Counted from the first letter of the stretch, positions 34,224-45,431 are shown. The stretch: 64,000 bases of DNA from an uncultured bacterium (GCA_963749495.1 CAVVMW010000010.1:576001-640000); one strand, 5' to 3'. Notes: generated by a model from the sequence alone, not told the origin. A program made the numbers and translations.

Positions 34224-36266
34224 ATGATGTCAACCGAAGCGATGCAAAGGGCAGATATCAACGATGCCGAGCTGGTGGCCGAAAGCCTGGGCGGAAATCG
34301 GGATGCCTTCCGGCTGATTGTTGAACGCTATCAAACCTTGATCTCGTCGCTGGCGTACTGCGCCACCGGCAACGTGACCCAAAGTGAAGACCTCGCCCAG
34401 GAGACCTTTGTGTCCGCCTGGAAGCAGCTTGCGGAATTGCGTGAGCCGGCCAAGTTGCGGCCCTGGCTGTGCAGCATCGCCCGTTCTCTCATCAGCAAGG
34501 AGTTCCGGCGCCAGGGACGTGAGCCGGATCATGCCGCCGAATCGCTGGAGGCGGTGGACGAATGGGTCTCACCAGAACCGCTGCCCCCGGACCAGGTCAT
34601 CAGCGACGAGGAAAAGGCGATTCTCTGGCGCTCGCTCGAACGCATCCCGGAAATCTATCGCGAACCGTTGGTGTTGTTTTATCGCGAACACCAATCCATC
34701 GAGGCCGTCGCGCAGGACTTAGCTCTCAGTGAGGACGCGGTGAAGCAACGGCTGTCGCGCGGCCGGAAACTCCTGCAGGAGCAATTCCTCGCCTTTGTCG
34801 CCGGCGCGCTCAAACAAACCAGTCCGGGCAAGGCCTTCACGGTCGGCGTGATTGCCGCCCTGCCGCTGCTGGCCACCACCGCCAAGGCGGCCACAGTCGG
34901 CACGGCGTTGGCGAAGCACGGCAGCGTGGCCGCCAAAACAACGAGCTCCGTCGGGTTTCTGCAAGCCATTGCCAATTTTGTTATGGGCATGGTTTGCTGG
35001 GTTGCCGCGGCTTTGCCCTTGGGCGGATACATCGGGTACAAGATGGGGGGCGACCGTCAGAACAGTGAGCGGGCGCGCCGGTCCGTAGCCACTTTTTGGC
35101 GCATCATGGGACTCAGCATGTTCCTCGTTTTTTGCCTCCCTCCGCTAGTGCTGATCTTACTCGCCAAAACCCGCCTATCCGGCGCCAAAGGCCAGTACGC
35201 AATGGCGGGTCTTTGGGTGAACATTTGTCTGCCGCTCTTCATATTTGGAGTGGTGCCGCTGTCCCTCATCATCTGGATTTGGCAACGCAGGCAGCGCACC
35301 GTTCCTGAAGGGGCTTTCGGCGGGCCAATCTCCTGCCAATCGCCAAAATCCGTTACTCTTTGGGCGGCGCTGGCTATGACAGTGGCTCTCGTTTACTTGG
35401 GATTCGTCTGCTGGATCTCCAGTCTCATGCCCCGCATGCACTTTCCCAAGACTCGCTACGTGTCCACCAGTGAAGTACAAAGCCTCATCGCCAATTCGCA
35501 GGTGCGGAAGTTTCGCTTCAGGCTGTTCCAAAATGCCAGCGGAGCCCGCACGCTCTCTGGCGATCTGCTGGAGAACGGGACGATGACCCCGTTCGTCGCG
35601 CTGGCGGAAGAGAGCACGGTGGCCTTGCTGGCCGAGAAAGGCATCAGCTATGAGACGGAGATTGAAAACCGGGATTCTCCCCGTTTCAACATGACGCACG
35701 CAGGGTGGTGGTCCGAGCGGCTGCTGAGTCCATTCTGCTGTTTCATCCTCGTGGCTGGGGGCGTTACATTGTTGCGTGGAAGCCATAACCGCCAATCCGG
35801 ACCGCATTCCATCACGGACCTGAGAAAGGAACGTCGTGTGGACAAAGCTTTTGCCGCATTGGCCGCGTGCGGAATGGTCGCCCTGGCCGCGTTCCGGGGG
35901 GCAACCACGGACTGGAAGGTTCGCACCATCCCCGCCTACCAGGTCCCGGCCATCGTCGCTCAGCACAAGAATGCCCGATTCGAGGTCTTTGAATACAGGA
36001 ATGGGTCCAGAAAACTGTGGATCTCCGACCTGCGCACTCCTGACTTCATTGCCCCTGCGAACGAATCCACCCTGGGAGTGTTGAGTCGCCAGGACATCAC
36101 TTACCAAACATACGTAGCCGGAATGGCCGGCCTCCCGGGACCGAGCCAATCCATCTCTGCGCTGTGGATCCTCGCACTAACGGCGGGTGCCGGAGGCCTT
36201 TTTGGGTGGGCGGTGAAAAGCCGGCCCGTTTCCCCATCACGCATCCAGGGCCCAGAAACGATATGA
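34224..36266 (+). CDS. ECF sigma-70 factor fused to a multi-pass membrane domain
   Basis: [31 protein letters not shown], followed by multiple TM helices. Confidence 0.9.
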   Translation: MMSTEAMQRADINDAELVAESLGGNRDAFRLIVERYQTLISSLAYCATGNVTQSEDLAQETFVSAWKQLAELREPAKLRPWLCSIARSLISKEFRRQGREPDHAAESLEAVDEWVSPEPLPPDQVISDEEKAILWRSLERIPEIYREPLVLFYREHQSIEAVAQDLALSEDAVKQRLSRGRKLLQEQFLAFVAGALKQTSPGKAFTVGVIAALPLLATTAKAATVGTALAKHGSVAAKTTSSVGFLQAIANFVMGMVCWVAAALPLGGYIGYKMGGDRQNSERARRSVATFWRIMGLSMFLVFCLPPLVLILLAKTRLSGAKGQYAMAGLWVNICLPLFIFGVVPLSLIIWIWQRRQRTVPEGAFGGPISCQSPKSVTLWAALAMTVALVYLGFVCWISSLMPRMHFPKTRYVSTSEVQSLIANSQVRKFRFRLFQNASGARTLSGDLLENGTMTPFVALAEESTVALLAEKGISYETEIENRDSPRFNMTHAGWWSERLLSPFCCFILVAGGVTLLRGSHNRQSGPHSITDLRKERRVDKAFAALAACGMVALAAFRGATTDWKVRTIPAYQVPAIVAQHKNARFEVFEYRNGSRKLWISDLRTPDFIAPANESTLGVLSRQDITYQTYVAGMAGLPGPSQSISALWILALTAGAGGLFGWAVKSRPVSPSRIQGPETI

Positions 36267-37093
36267 AATTCATTTCCATCAACTCTGGCGCGAGGACGTT
36301 GCAGTTGCAGACCTGTTCGCCTATGTTTTCGCGTGTTACCGGCGTAAGGTCAAAACCCGGTTTTACCCTGGTTGAACTGCTGGTGGTCATCGCGATTATA
36401 GCCATCCTGGCCTCGCTGTTGCTGCCCGCGTTGTCGGCGGCAAAAGCGCGGGCCCAGACGACCAGTTGCCTCAACAATCAACGACAGCTCGGCCTGGCGT
36501 GGGTGCTCTATGCGTCCGACGCAGGCGGCCGGCTGCCGCTCAACCTTGGAAGCTACGTCAACGGCATCCACCGCAGCCCGGAGGGATGCTGGGTCACCGG
36601 CAGTGCTACGTGGGATGCGGACCCGGCAACGATCACGCGGGGCACACTCTTTCCCTACGCGCAGTCGCTCCAACTCTACCGTTGCCCGGCCGACCATAGC
36701 TGCGTGGAGCGCACCAGCACTCCCAGGCTGCGCAGCGTGTCGTTGAGCGGCTACATGGGAGGAGAAGACTACGAGACCAACTTTCTGGTCCAGCCGCTGA
36801 TGAAATCCACAGAGATACAGCGACCCTCGAAGGCCCTCACCTTTCTCGATGAGGATGAGAACGGAATAGACGAGGGCATTTTCCTGTATTCTTCCAAAGT
36901 GGACGAATGGCTGAACATCCCGGCCAGACGGCATCAGACTGGCGCTGTGCTGGTTTTTGCCGACAACCATTCGGAGTACTGGAAGTGGAAAGGACCGGCC
37001 CCAGTCTCCTGGTTCAATGGCGGTTATGTCAATGACCCAACGGAACTTCAGGACCTAAAACGTCTCCAGCAGACAGCCCCGGATGTAAAATAA
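36263..37093 (+). CDS. Prepilin-type N-terminal cleavage/methylation protein (DUF1559-like)
   Basis: [40 protein letters not shown]. Confidence 0.9.
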   Translation: MKFISINSGARTLQLQTCSPMFSRVTGVRSKPGFTLVELLVVIAIIAILASLLLPALSAAKARAQTTSCLNNQRQLGLAWVLYASDAGGRLPLNLGSYVNGIHRSPEGCWVTGSATWDADPATITRGTLFPYAQSLQLYRCPADHSCVERTSTPRLRSVSLSGYMGGEDYETNFLVQPLMKSTEIQRPSKALTFLDEDENGIDEGIFLYSSKVDEWLNIPARRHQTGAVLVFADNHSEYWKWKGPAPVSWFNGGYVNDPTELQDLKRLQQTAPDVK

Positions 37094-37434
37094 TTACCAT
37101 TCGTTTACCGTAACTAATGATTGTACCTTAGTCAAAATCCGTGGAGGGCTCAGACCATAGGTTGGGCTGGTTCAAGGGTCTGCGACACAAGGCTCAGATT
37201 CGGATGGTCGCCAGTTTTGCCCGCTCCACACGGAGGGGCACCTGCTCGGGGAAACGCCGCCTGCAATTTCCACCTCGAGGCGCGGCTCAAACGCTCGACG
37301 TTGGTCAACACCAACGATTACTCTCCATCCCTCCACGCCGCTCAGTACTTCGTTTACCTCACGGTGGCCAATCGCAACCAATCCCTCTTTTTTCCGAGAC
37401 GCCGCCAGGCGGGTGCATTAAGATGCGCGCCAAC

Positions 37435-37644
37435 ATGAAAACGCTCCTCCTTGGTTTCACACTGCTACTGGCGGTTTCGACCCAAGCGCAGTTGCCATCA
37501 ACCTCCCCGAAGGCCGCAGGGTTTGATCCAGCGCGGCTGGAAGTCTTGCACGCAACAGTCCAGCGCTTCGTGGATGAAGGCAAGCATGCCGGAGTCGTCA
37601 CACTGCTCGTGCGAGACGGCAAGATCGTGGACTTCCAGACCTAG
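37435..37644 (+). pseudogene. Serine hydrolase (beta-lactamase family) N-terminal fragment
   Basis: P.AAGFDPARL...GVVTLLVRDGKIV, then a stop. Confidence 0.7.
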
Positions 37645-37740
37645 TGGTGGTACTGGGCCAACACCCGCAGCCCAACGACGCCAGAGGGCTTCAACCAGGA
37701 GGAGACCATCAAGGCCATCTGGGCAGGCACAAGGTGAGAA

Positions 37741-38085
37741 TTGAACTGCTGCCGGAGAAGAGCCCGCAGGGCACCGGCCATCGTCCCGCGTCGCCGCGCC
37801 CTCGCGGAGGTGGATGTACTGATGGTCGGCGGGGGGCGTGCGGGGATTGGCGCCGCCCTGGGCGCGGCCCGCCAGGGAGCGAAGACACTGCTGATTGAGA
37901 ACCACTCGTTCTTCGGCGGAGTCGCCGTCTGGTCCATGGGCATGCAAATGAACCAGATGCGCCCCGGCGGCAAGCCACGCGCCCGGGTTCACGAACTGCT
38001 GATCGAAAAGGCGCAGGCCTACGGCGACCAGGCCCTCCGCCTGGGCCAGCACGAGATCTGGTGCTGCCAACATGAATACCGTTAG
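37741..38085 (+). pseudogene. FAD-dependent oxidoreductase N-terminal fragment
   Basis: DVLMVGGGRAGIGAALGAARQGAKTLLIE Rossmann motif, truncated. Confidence 0.7.
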
Positions 38086-38204
38086 CCTGAACCACGGAAT
38101 GCGGTCGGCGGCGGAGTCTGCAATGCAGCCGGTCATGGGCTGTTGGGCGGCGGTTGTCAGCCCAATCCCCAACGCCAGGAAAAAAGCGCAACATCTCATA
38201 GTTA

Positions 38205-38345
38205 GAGCCTGTCCCAAGGGCCCCGCGAGTGGGCGACCTTCGTCGCAGCCTTTGTCGAAACCTTTGTCGGATTGGCCCTTTTTCGACAAAGGCGCCGACA
38301 AAGGCTGCGACAAAGGTCCGGAACCAGAGCTTTTGGGACAGGCTC
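38205..38345. mobile_element. MITE with GAGCCTGTCCCAA terminal inverted repeats and TA flanks
   Basis: ta-gagcctgtcccaa...ttgggacaggctc-ta; internal ctttgtcg / cgacaaagg repeats. Confidence 0.8.
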
Positions 38346-38348
38346 TAG

Positions 38349-40805
38349 TTAGGCGCGACTGGCCTCCAAAATGCGGGCGACCAGTCCGCCGCGCCTGGCG
38401 GGCGCGCCAAAGTCTTTGCCTTCCAGGGCGGCAGGCAACGACCAGAGCATCATATCCTGGTAGTAGTCATTGCCGAACGTGCGCTCACCAGTATCAACAT
38501 CGCCACGCATAATGTTGGGCATGTCCCAGGTGTAGCCCTGGAGGCAGACCAGGTTGTGCCAAACCTTATACGCCAGGTTCAGTCCATAGTCCTTCTCGCC
38601 CTCGTACATGTAATTCATCGCCAGCATCAGCGCCTCGGGCGGGAAGTACGAATAGGTGCCGTATCCCTTGACTCGCGCGGGCGTGCCGTCGCTGTTGGCG
38701 TAATTTACCGCCCCATACTTGGTCACCGCGACATTGCATCGCTTGATGGTTTCGAGGGTTTTCTTCACGCGCTCTTCCGGCAGCGCGCTGGGCAGCCCAT
38801 GGTGGTCAGTGATCCACTCGCCATCCATCTGGTAGCCGAAAACCAGGTCCGATTTGCGCCCGGTCTCCGGTTCGAAATAGTTCAGGTAATAACTCCCCGT
38901 CCAGAGCTGTTTCTCCATCGCCTCCGCGCCCGCCTTCAGCCAGTCGCGGCATTGCTGCGCGAAGGCAGGGTCGCCGGCCAGTTGCGCAAAACGTTCGGCG
39001 ATGCGCAGTTGCGCCAGGTGCAGGCCGCCGACGTGCGCTGTCATGCCTGCCCAGCCCGGCTCGGGCGCTTCAAACCATTCGGTCCCGACGTTGCCCGTCG
39101 GCATCGCGATGATCCGGTCGCCCAGCGGGTAGGCCGGCCGCAAATTGACCGTCCAGACGGTGCATCGCCTGAGCACCGGGTAAAACTCCTTGATGAAGCC
39201 CTCGTCCTTGTCGCCGTGGCACAAATAATATCGGTCCAGCATCGCCGCCAGCGAGATGCCATTGGTGGCAAACTGGTAGCCGCGCGTGGTGTTGGCAAAA
39301 TCAACCGGCGGTGTTTGGCCCGTGCATCCGCCAAAAATCCAGGGCGGAGCGCCATCGGGGAATTGATAACCTTTGTAGCCGCGATAAGTGGAAATCGCCA
39401 ACTCCGGGAAGAAGTACACAATGGGCGCGTTGCCATAGAAGGAGCAGGGAATGCACTCAAATTGGGGACACCCACGCGGACATTCGATGAGGCCAAACAA
39501 CCCGTCTTCCTCCCGCACCCAATCCGGCAGCGGCGCCTTCTTCTGCGCCCACAAGCCATCCTCGGTGACCATGTAGAGCACGTTGATGAGCGAATCGCGC
39601 AGCCAGACCGGCAGCTTGTTCTCGGCATAAACGACTTCCTGCCAGGCCAGCACCCGCGCGAGCAACGCGGCATGGTTCTGGGCCAGTTTTTCCGCCGCCG
39701 CCAGGGCTGTGGGATAATGCTTCACGTACATGTGGGTGAAGGTGTGTTCCGCATGGGCCCAATTGTAGCCACCGGCATTCCAGGTCGGTGCGCACCAGGC
39801 GACGGCGAAACGCACAATGCGTTCTTCGCCGGGTTGGAGCGAGAAATCCACCGCGGCCGAGGCGTCCGGATGCTCCGGGCCGGCTTCCGGCAAGTTCGAC
39901 GCGATGGCTGACCACTTCGTTCCGTCCGCGGCGAGGCCGCCGCCGAACCGGGCTTGGTCTGGCCCGATGACGCCCAAAACGTAGGAGGCCAGTTTGGATT
40001 GGACACAGATACCCGTGAATTGTCCGGCCCGCTCCTGCCTGCGCTCATATTGATTGCTGCCAGCTTCCGGCGGTTTGGGCCCAGGAAATGAGCAGGCCAA
40101 TGTGCCGTGGTGGTTCTGGTCGGCCGTGTTCCTGAGCCGCACCTCGAAGACCACGCCCGGCAGCATCGAATCCACCAGCGCCCCGGGCAAAAACGGGGAC
40201 CAAGCTCGAAGCCCGACACTGACCGGGGCGTCGGTCTCGAATTCGAGGTCGGCCACTGGGTAATGCCCCCAGTAATGGATTTCTTTGGCGGTATGGACTC
40301 CCTCCAGATTCAGTTTGCTCAGGGTGTCCAGCAGCGGTTGCTTCGAGGCGTCCCACTTCTGGCCTTTCCAAAGGCGGTACTCCTTGCCGGGACCGGCAGA
40401 TTGATATTCGCCCCAGCCGGTCTTGACCTGGGTCGGATCACACAAGACCCAGGTCCCGTTCCCCACGGTGAAGCCCAGGATGGGCCAGTTATCCGGCCCG
40501 CGGCGGGGAATGGCCGTGTTGTAGATCGTGTTATACCCGAGCAACCCGCTGGTTTCCAAGTCGAGGCACCCGGTATCAATGCCGCCCAGCGCCAGACCGT
40601 TGGTCACTTTGTCTTTGAGCCGATAAATCACGCCGCAAGCTGATGTAGAGAACCCGGCGGCCGGGAATTGAATCCACTCGCGGTTGGGCAGATCGGCCGG
40701 AAAAAGCTGGGTCTTGCGCCGGGGTTGCCCGGCACCGGAGAGGCGCGGCATGCTGGCGCACATGGCCAGGGACGCGGTGGCTTTCAGGAATTGGCGGCGT
40801 TTCAT
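38349..40805 (-). CDS. GH116-family glycosyl hydrolase, Tat-exported
   Basis: MKRRQFLK; GLALGGIDTG, YWGHYPVADL, AWSPFLPG, LWTGSYY, GYQMDGEW. Confidence 0.85.
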   Translation of the reverse strand: MKRRQFLKATASLAMCASMPRLSGAGQPRRKTQLFPADLPNREWIQFPAAGFSTSACGVIYRLKDKVTNGLALGGIDTGCLDLETSGLLGYNTIYNTAIPRRGPDNWPILGFTVGNGTWVLCDPTQVKTGWGEYQSAGPGKEYRLWKGQKWDASKQPLLDTLSKLNLEGVHTAKEIHYWGHYPVADLEFETDAPVSVGLRAWSPFLPGALVDSMLPGVVFEVRLRNTADQNHHGTLACSFPGPKPPEAGSNQYERRQERAGQFTGICVQSKLASYVLGVIGPDQARFGGGLAADGTKWSAIASNLPEAGPEHPDASAAVDFSLQPGEERIVRFAVAWCAPTWNAGGYNWAHAEHTFTHMYVKHYPTALAAAEKLAQNHAALLARVLAWQEVVYAENKLPVWLRDSLINVLYMVTEDGLWAQKKAPLPDWVREEDGLFGLIECPRGCPQFECIPCSFYGNAPIVYFFPELAISTYRGYKGYQFPDGAPPWIFGGCTGQTPPVDFANTTRGYQFATNGISLAAMLDRYYLCHGDKDEGFIKEFYPVLRRCTVWTVNLRPAYPLGDRIIAMPTGNVGTEWFEAPEPGWAGMTAHVGGLHLAQLRIAERFAQLAGDPAFAQQCRDWLKAGAEAMEKQLWTGSYYLNYFEPETGRKSDLVFGYQMDGEWITDHHGLPSALPEERVKKTLETIKRCNVAVTKYGAVNYANSDGTPARVKGYGTYSYFPPEALMLAMNYMYEGEKDYGLNLAYKVWHNLVCLQGYTWDMPNIMRGDVDTGERTFGNDYYQDMMLWSLPAALEGKDFGAPARRGGLVARILEASRA

Positions 40806-41088
40806 TGCACCGAGGGCTGGGCGGGGATGACTGACCCTATGGTTTTCTAGCATACGACCTCTTGGGTTTGCAGCATGTTGGTCGAAATAAAGCGCGGATT
40901 CATACTTTAAGCAATCAAACAATGGTTCTTGAACCCTCCTGATCCGGCATCCGTCCGCTTCAGCGACCCGCTCCCGCCAAGTTCGCCGCGCCGGTTCTAC
41001 CGCGCGCGGGCACAGTAAGAACGCTCGGTCCTCACCCGCGTAGCGTCGAGACGGCGGGGATTGGGGAGCGCGGACATTCTTGTCCACC

Positions 41089-42121
41089 CCAGGGCCGAAG
41101 GCCCGCCATGTGATAGCCCGGGCTGGAGCGGAGCGGAGGCCCGGGTAGGCCGCCGCCCCTCCAAAAGCACCGGCCTGTAAGGCCGGGACCCCATGGCGCG
41201 CCCCTACAGGGCGCGCCACAATCCGGCCCGATGACCTGGGCCTCCGCTCGCAAGCTCGGTGGGTAAGGGGGAGGCCGAAGCCACCCCCTCCCCGTTGTCG
41301 CAATGAGGTCAATTCCTCATACTGGACCGGCGAGCGGATTTCCCGCACCGGGCGACCCCGACAGCACGCGGGAGCGTGCGGTTCCTTATGCAGGACAGAG
41401 CTTGCCCCAAGAATGGGGGGTCCACGCCGACGGGGCAAGACCACTCCCCCCGAGGCGGAACTGTTCGCAGTGGGCGACCAGGCGTAAGGGACCGTTTCTT
41501 AGCCGAAGCTAACTTGTCCCCGGAACTGGTGAACACACTCGAATCGCTCTGTGGTTTTGCCTTTCCGCTGTCGAATCCCGACGGCGTACTTTGGCTCTGG
41601 AGACATCCCTGAGGGCGGGGCCAGGGAGTGGCTGTTCCCGCCTCCGGAGCGTAGCCGAACCCTTTCGGACAAGCCTTATAGGTCCAGTTTATCGAGCAGA
41701 CGCTCGAACTCCGTGGGACTTCATCGGTGAGTGAAACGGACCCTTTTCCCGGCATGAACGCATGTCGCACCGTACCGCCTAGCGAACGAACCGCATTTGT
41801 GGTTCGCCAGGAGCTTTGTGAAACCACCAAGCTAGGCTTCGTCCCTGGAGCAGGGACTCGCCCGGCGTTTCGGCTCATGGGCCTTCCTGCCAAGTCAAGG
41901 GAGCCGGCCTCTTCGCGACGGCACGTTGCTGCACCGCCCTGGCTACGTTCCCGCCTGGACCAACCCGGCGGTTTAGCTCCCCCGTTCTGGACGGAAGCGG
42001 CCCCGCCCAGGTAGGATTCCATCGTTGTTTCCATTGATGTCACCGTTTGAGACTTAGTTCATTTCACCCGACAACTCGCGGGCTCCAGCCCAGGCTTTCA
42101 CATTTCGGGCTTCCAGCCCGA
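41089..42121. repeat. REP doublet whose right arm is split by an ~824-bp insertion
   Basis: Left arm atgtgatagcccgggctggagcggagcggaggcccgggt; right arm acctgggcctccgctcgcaagctcg|ctccagcccaggctttcacat. Confidence 0.75.
41259..42082 (-). ncRNA. ORF-less group II intron-like ribozyme (boundaries +/-1 nt)
   Basis: DV-like CGCCCGGUGCGGGAAAUCCGCUCGCCGG; DVI stem with UUCG loop and bulged A before the terminal AC; DIII-like CUUGCCCC/GGGGCAAG stem; precise insertion in a REP arm. Confidence 0.75.
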
Positions 42122-42572
42122 GGATCGGCGCATCCCCGGGGGCAGAGCCGGGGTAGTCTTCCAAGCAACCCTCCGGGTTATTATCTGATATGCGTTAATG
42201 CCTTAACACCAGGTATTTACGATATTGACTTCCTAAGTTATGCCATAGTTTATGCCACTTGTTGCGGCGAGTCAAACGATTCCTGTCAGCACTCGCAGAG
42301 CGGGGCTCGGCCTCGCCAATCGAATCGTTTCGATGACCCAACCCTCCGAGATGTGGCTGTCGTCCCAGTGCGCGCAAAGCCGAAAATAGAGGTGCCGAAA
42401 AAGCGTCGCTTCGTTTACGCCGTAGTCCTGGGCGATGCGCGGGCAGGAGCTGCGGGTCGTCATGTCGCATTAGAACCAAGCGCAGGCGGCCCTGAATCCG
42501 ACGCGGCAGGAGGGGTGGCAAGTGCGGCTGCTGAAGCCGACCTTGACGCCACGATTGCTTGGCAGGAAATCC

Positions 42573-43103
42573 TCAGCCCACCAGTTTGGGCCAGACGGAC
42601 TGTTTGAACGCCTCGATTGCCTTGCTAATCGCAGTGTTGACCCGACAGTGGGCTTCCAAGTCCTCCTGCGATACGCCCGCCAGCAGGTGGGCGGCGAGTC
42701 TTCGGTAGCGTTCCCAGACCAGTCCTGCGACCTGGACGCCCGCGTCGGTGATCCGTGCCGCTTGAGCGTAATTCGGCCGCTCCGCTGATTCCCGGACTTC
42801 AATCAACCCGCGCTCCCGGTAGTCCTTGAGGCGGCGGCTGAACTTTCCGGGGTCGTGGACGAGCACCCGCCGCAGGTCGGCCACGGCAACGAAGCCGTCA
42901 GGGTCCACCGGGGCGTCCGTCCAGCCGAGTTTGCCGAGGCCGTGAAGCAGGGTCAACGTGTCGGCTTCGTCCACGGTCAGGGGCACATCCTTGAGGACCG
43001 CCTTGCGAATCGGCTCCAGCAGGTCGCGGCGGGCGGTGAAAATGCTCGCCAGGCAGTCCACCGGCTCAACCGGGGGCGAGGGCAGTTGACGTTTTTTCTT
43101 CAT
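42573..43103 (-). CDS. MarR-family winged-helix regulator
   Basis: LT..EA..L, SRRLKD..ERGLIE, RITDAG, LAGVS.EDL. Confidence 0.75.
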   Translation of the reverse strand: MKKKRQLPSPPVEPVDCLASIFTARRDLLEPIRKAVLKDVPLTVDEADTLTLLHGLGKLGWTDAPVDPDGFVAVADLRRVLVHDPGKFSRRLKDYRERGLIEVRESAERPNYAQAARITDAGVQVAGLVWERYRRLAAHLLAGVSQEDLEAHCRVNTAISKAIEAFKQSVWPKLVG

Positions 43104-43152
43104 GCGCGAGAACCTGCGCCCGGAGACAGAACAAACCAAGTGAAAAAGGGTG

Positions 43153-43180
43153 TTGACATTATCAATTGATGATGTATTCT
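43153..43180 (+). promoter_or_regulatory. Sigma-70-like promoter overlapped by a palindromic operator
   Basis: TTGACA-N16-TATTCT; palindrome acattatcaattgatgatgt at 43156..43175. Confidence 0.55.
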
Positions 43181-44814
43181 CCTCTGTGTTGACCCAACCA
43201 AAGGCCAATCCATGACCGGCAAATTCAAACGCCAGTGCTCGAATTGGCGAGCACCAATGCCGGTCGAGGCCGGACCTGTGCCAAAATCGGGTCGGAAAGT
43301 CGAAAACCTATGAAACCTCGATGCACCCGTTGGCGCGCGTGCCCGATTGGCCGAACAACATCCCATTCACCCTTAGCCTGACTTCCCCGGGACTCGAGCG
43401 TAAGTTGTTGATTTGCAAGCTCGGTCCTTCCGTTCACTTGCTACAACTGGCGGTCGCCCAAGCCGGGGGAGCCGCAAAAGGAGGCTGCAACCCCAACCCG
43501 TCGAGCACGGATGGCGCAAGTCCGCACCAATTCCGGTTCGCTCCTCGTTTGTGTCAGACTTGCGGCTTGTGAGGCACCGCGAAGCCCCGCGCAGGGGAGT
43601 GCGCAGAGCCAGCGCCCGAGTGGGCGCTGGCTCATCGTGCCCCCGCATCGTGTCTCGTCGGATCTGGAGAGGTTCAAATCTCCGATGTTCGGAACGCCCA
43701 GGCCGACATTACCCCATCGCCGCAACGCGGCACCGCCGCACCGCCGCAATTGGCCCGCGCTACGTTCGCCCTGGGTGCTCCCAGGCAGTTCTGAGTTCTT
43801 TTTCAGCCACCAGAGATTTTCTGAGCTCAAGCACCTTGCGCTGGTGCAGTTGTGCCAAGAAAATCATTTCCGGCACAGTCAAATCGCGCCGGTTCATCGC
43901 GTCGGCAAAGGGCTGCATCATTTCAAGGGATAACTGCCTCAGTTCGCAGCTTCACACACAAACGGGTTGGAGCCCAACCTTCAGGAGCGCCCTTGCCCGC
44001 ACGGCAATGCGGGCTCGGTGCTGGCCCTCACCATGGAAGAAGCTCGGAGGTGGGGCTATCTTCCAAAATAGGTCTCGGTGAGCACCCTGGACTGTATGAA
44101 TCCAACCTCGCTGCCCCGGTCAGGCCCATGCAGCCCGGGTGCTGGCTCCCCGCAACCAGGGCGAGGTGAACGTCCACCTTGGTGGACACCTCCACTGCCC
44201 AAGCTATCTATCGCGTGGGACGTGTCCACCACGGTGGACACCCTTTCCGGAAATGCCAAGGCTGGGTCCTTGCGGCAACACGGATTAGCTGCTCGATTTT
44301 ACAGTTGGGTAGGGCCGCCAAACGGAGGATGGCGGAAAATGAGATTTGCAGAACGAACCCAACACGAGGGAAGGTGGCCCGAGAGGCTTTCGGCTGGTCG
44401 AGATGTCGGTGCTGTGCTCACGACAGTCTGGTCCTCCAGGTTGACCAGCGCTTCCAGGCCGTATTCGGCCTGCAGCCGATCCAGTTGGGCATAAGCCTGG
44501 CGCAGTTGGGCGTCCACCGCCGCCCAGACCGGGGCGCTGGGCGCTTTCAATGGCACCTTGGTCGCCGGGTAGCGTCTGCCGTCCATCGTCGTGACGTTGG
44601 CCACGATGGTCGCCTGGCGCGAAGGATTGCGCTGGCTGCGCCAGGGTCTTTGGGTGGACCTCCCCGAGGGCCTCCAATGGTTCGGACTCCGTCAATCCGC
44701 TGGCCAGTGGACGCTCATTGGCCTGGCCTTGCTGTGGTTGGCCGCGCTGGCTCTCGGCAGCCGCCACCTTGCCGCGGTCCAGCAGTCGAGGTTTTTCTTG
44801 GCTTAAAGGACATC

Positions 44815-45393
44815 CTATCTCAATTCGCGGAATTTCCGATTTTTGTGATCCAAGATGCCGTGTGCCTGCGCGGACTGATCCTGCAACCACCTTTTGTGTT
44901 TACACCGAAGTTGTTTGATTTGCGGTTTCAGCCTGCAATTCTCGGCGGTTTGATCAGCCCACTCAAGAAAGGAAATCCACACCGCCGGCAGCCGATTTTT
45001 TAGCCTTCCCGCTCCAGGCTCGGCAGCCGCATGAAACAGCAGCCAAAGGAAAATGGAGGCCTGCTTGGAAAAGTACTCCGCTCTGACCTCATCGGTTGCG
45101 CCAAGATACGTGCGGTGCCAATCGTTGAAATCCGTTACGGAATAGGGCGAACCATCCATATTCATCACTTGGCCATTCCCTTCCAACAGCTCCTCTGCAC
45201 GTGCCCCCGTAGCTACATGAATGGACCGAGCTTTCTCGGCGTTCAGTCGGTTGCGCCCGTTCTCCCATGACACCACGGTGTGGGTGGAAACCCCAACCAA
45301 CGCGGCAAACTCCACCTGCGTTCTGCTAATGATTTTACGAAGCGCGTGAATGGATAGATTCCGCCGTCCGTATTTCCCAAGATCTTGTATCAT
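44815..45393 (-). CDS. XRE-family HTH regulator
   Basis: RTQVEFAALVGVSTHTVVSWENGR. Confidence 0.85.
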   Translation of the reverse strand: MIQDLGKYGRRNLSIHALRKIISRTQVEFAALVGVSTHTVVSWENGRNRLNAEKARSIHVATGARAEELLEGNGQVMNMDGSPYSVTDFNDWHRTYLGATDEVRAEYFSKQASIFLWLLFHAAAEPGAGRLKNRLPAVWISFLEWADQTAENCRLKPQIKQLRCKHKRWLQDQSAQAHGILDHKNRKFRELR

Positions 45394-45431
45394 ACAAGGA
45401 AATTATACAAGCGGCCCTTGTAAATGTAAAG
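45384..45431. promoter_or_regulatory. Putative operator repeats between divergent HTH genes
   Basis: cttgtatcatacaag palindrome, tatacaag half-site, cttgtaaatgtaaag. Confidence 0.55.

Noticed and set aside
40806..41444. N-terminal extension of the 1031-aa GH116 ORF
   Set aside because: Runs through REP and intron sequence; the Tat signal marks the real start at 40805
41309..42043. 244-aa ORF as an intron-encoded protein
   Set aside because: No reverse transcriptase (YADD), maturase or endonuclease motifs; overlaps RNA structural domains
42272..42463. Tyrosine integrase C-terminus
   Set aside because: Only faint resemblance; the catalytic H-x-x-R is not visible
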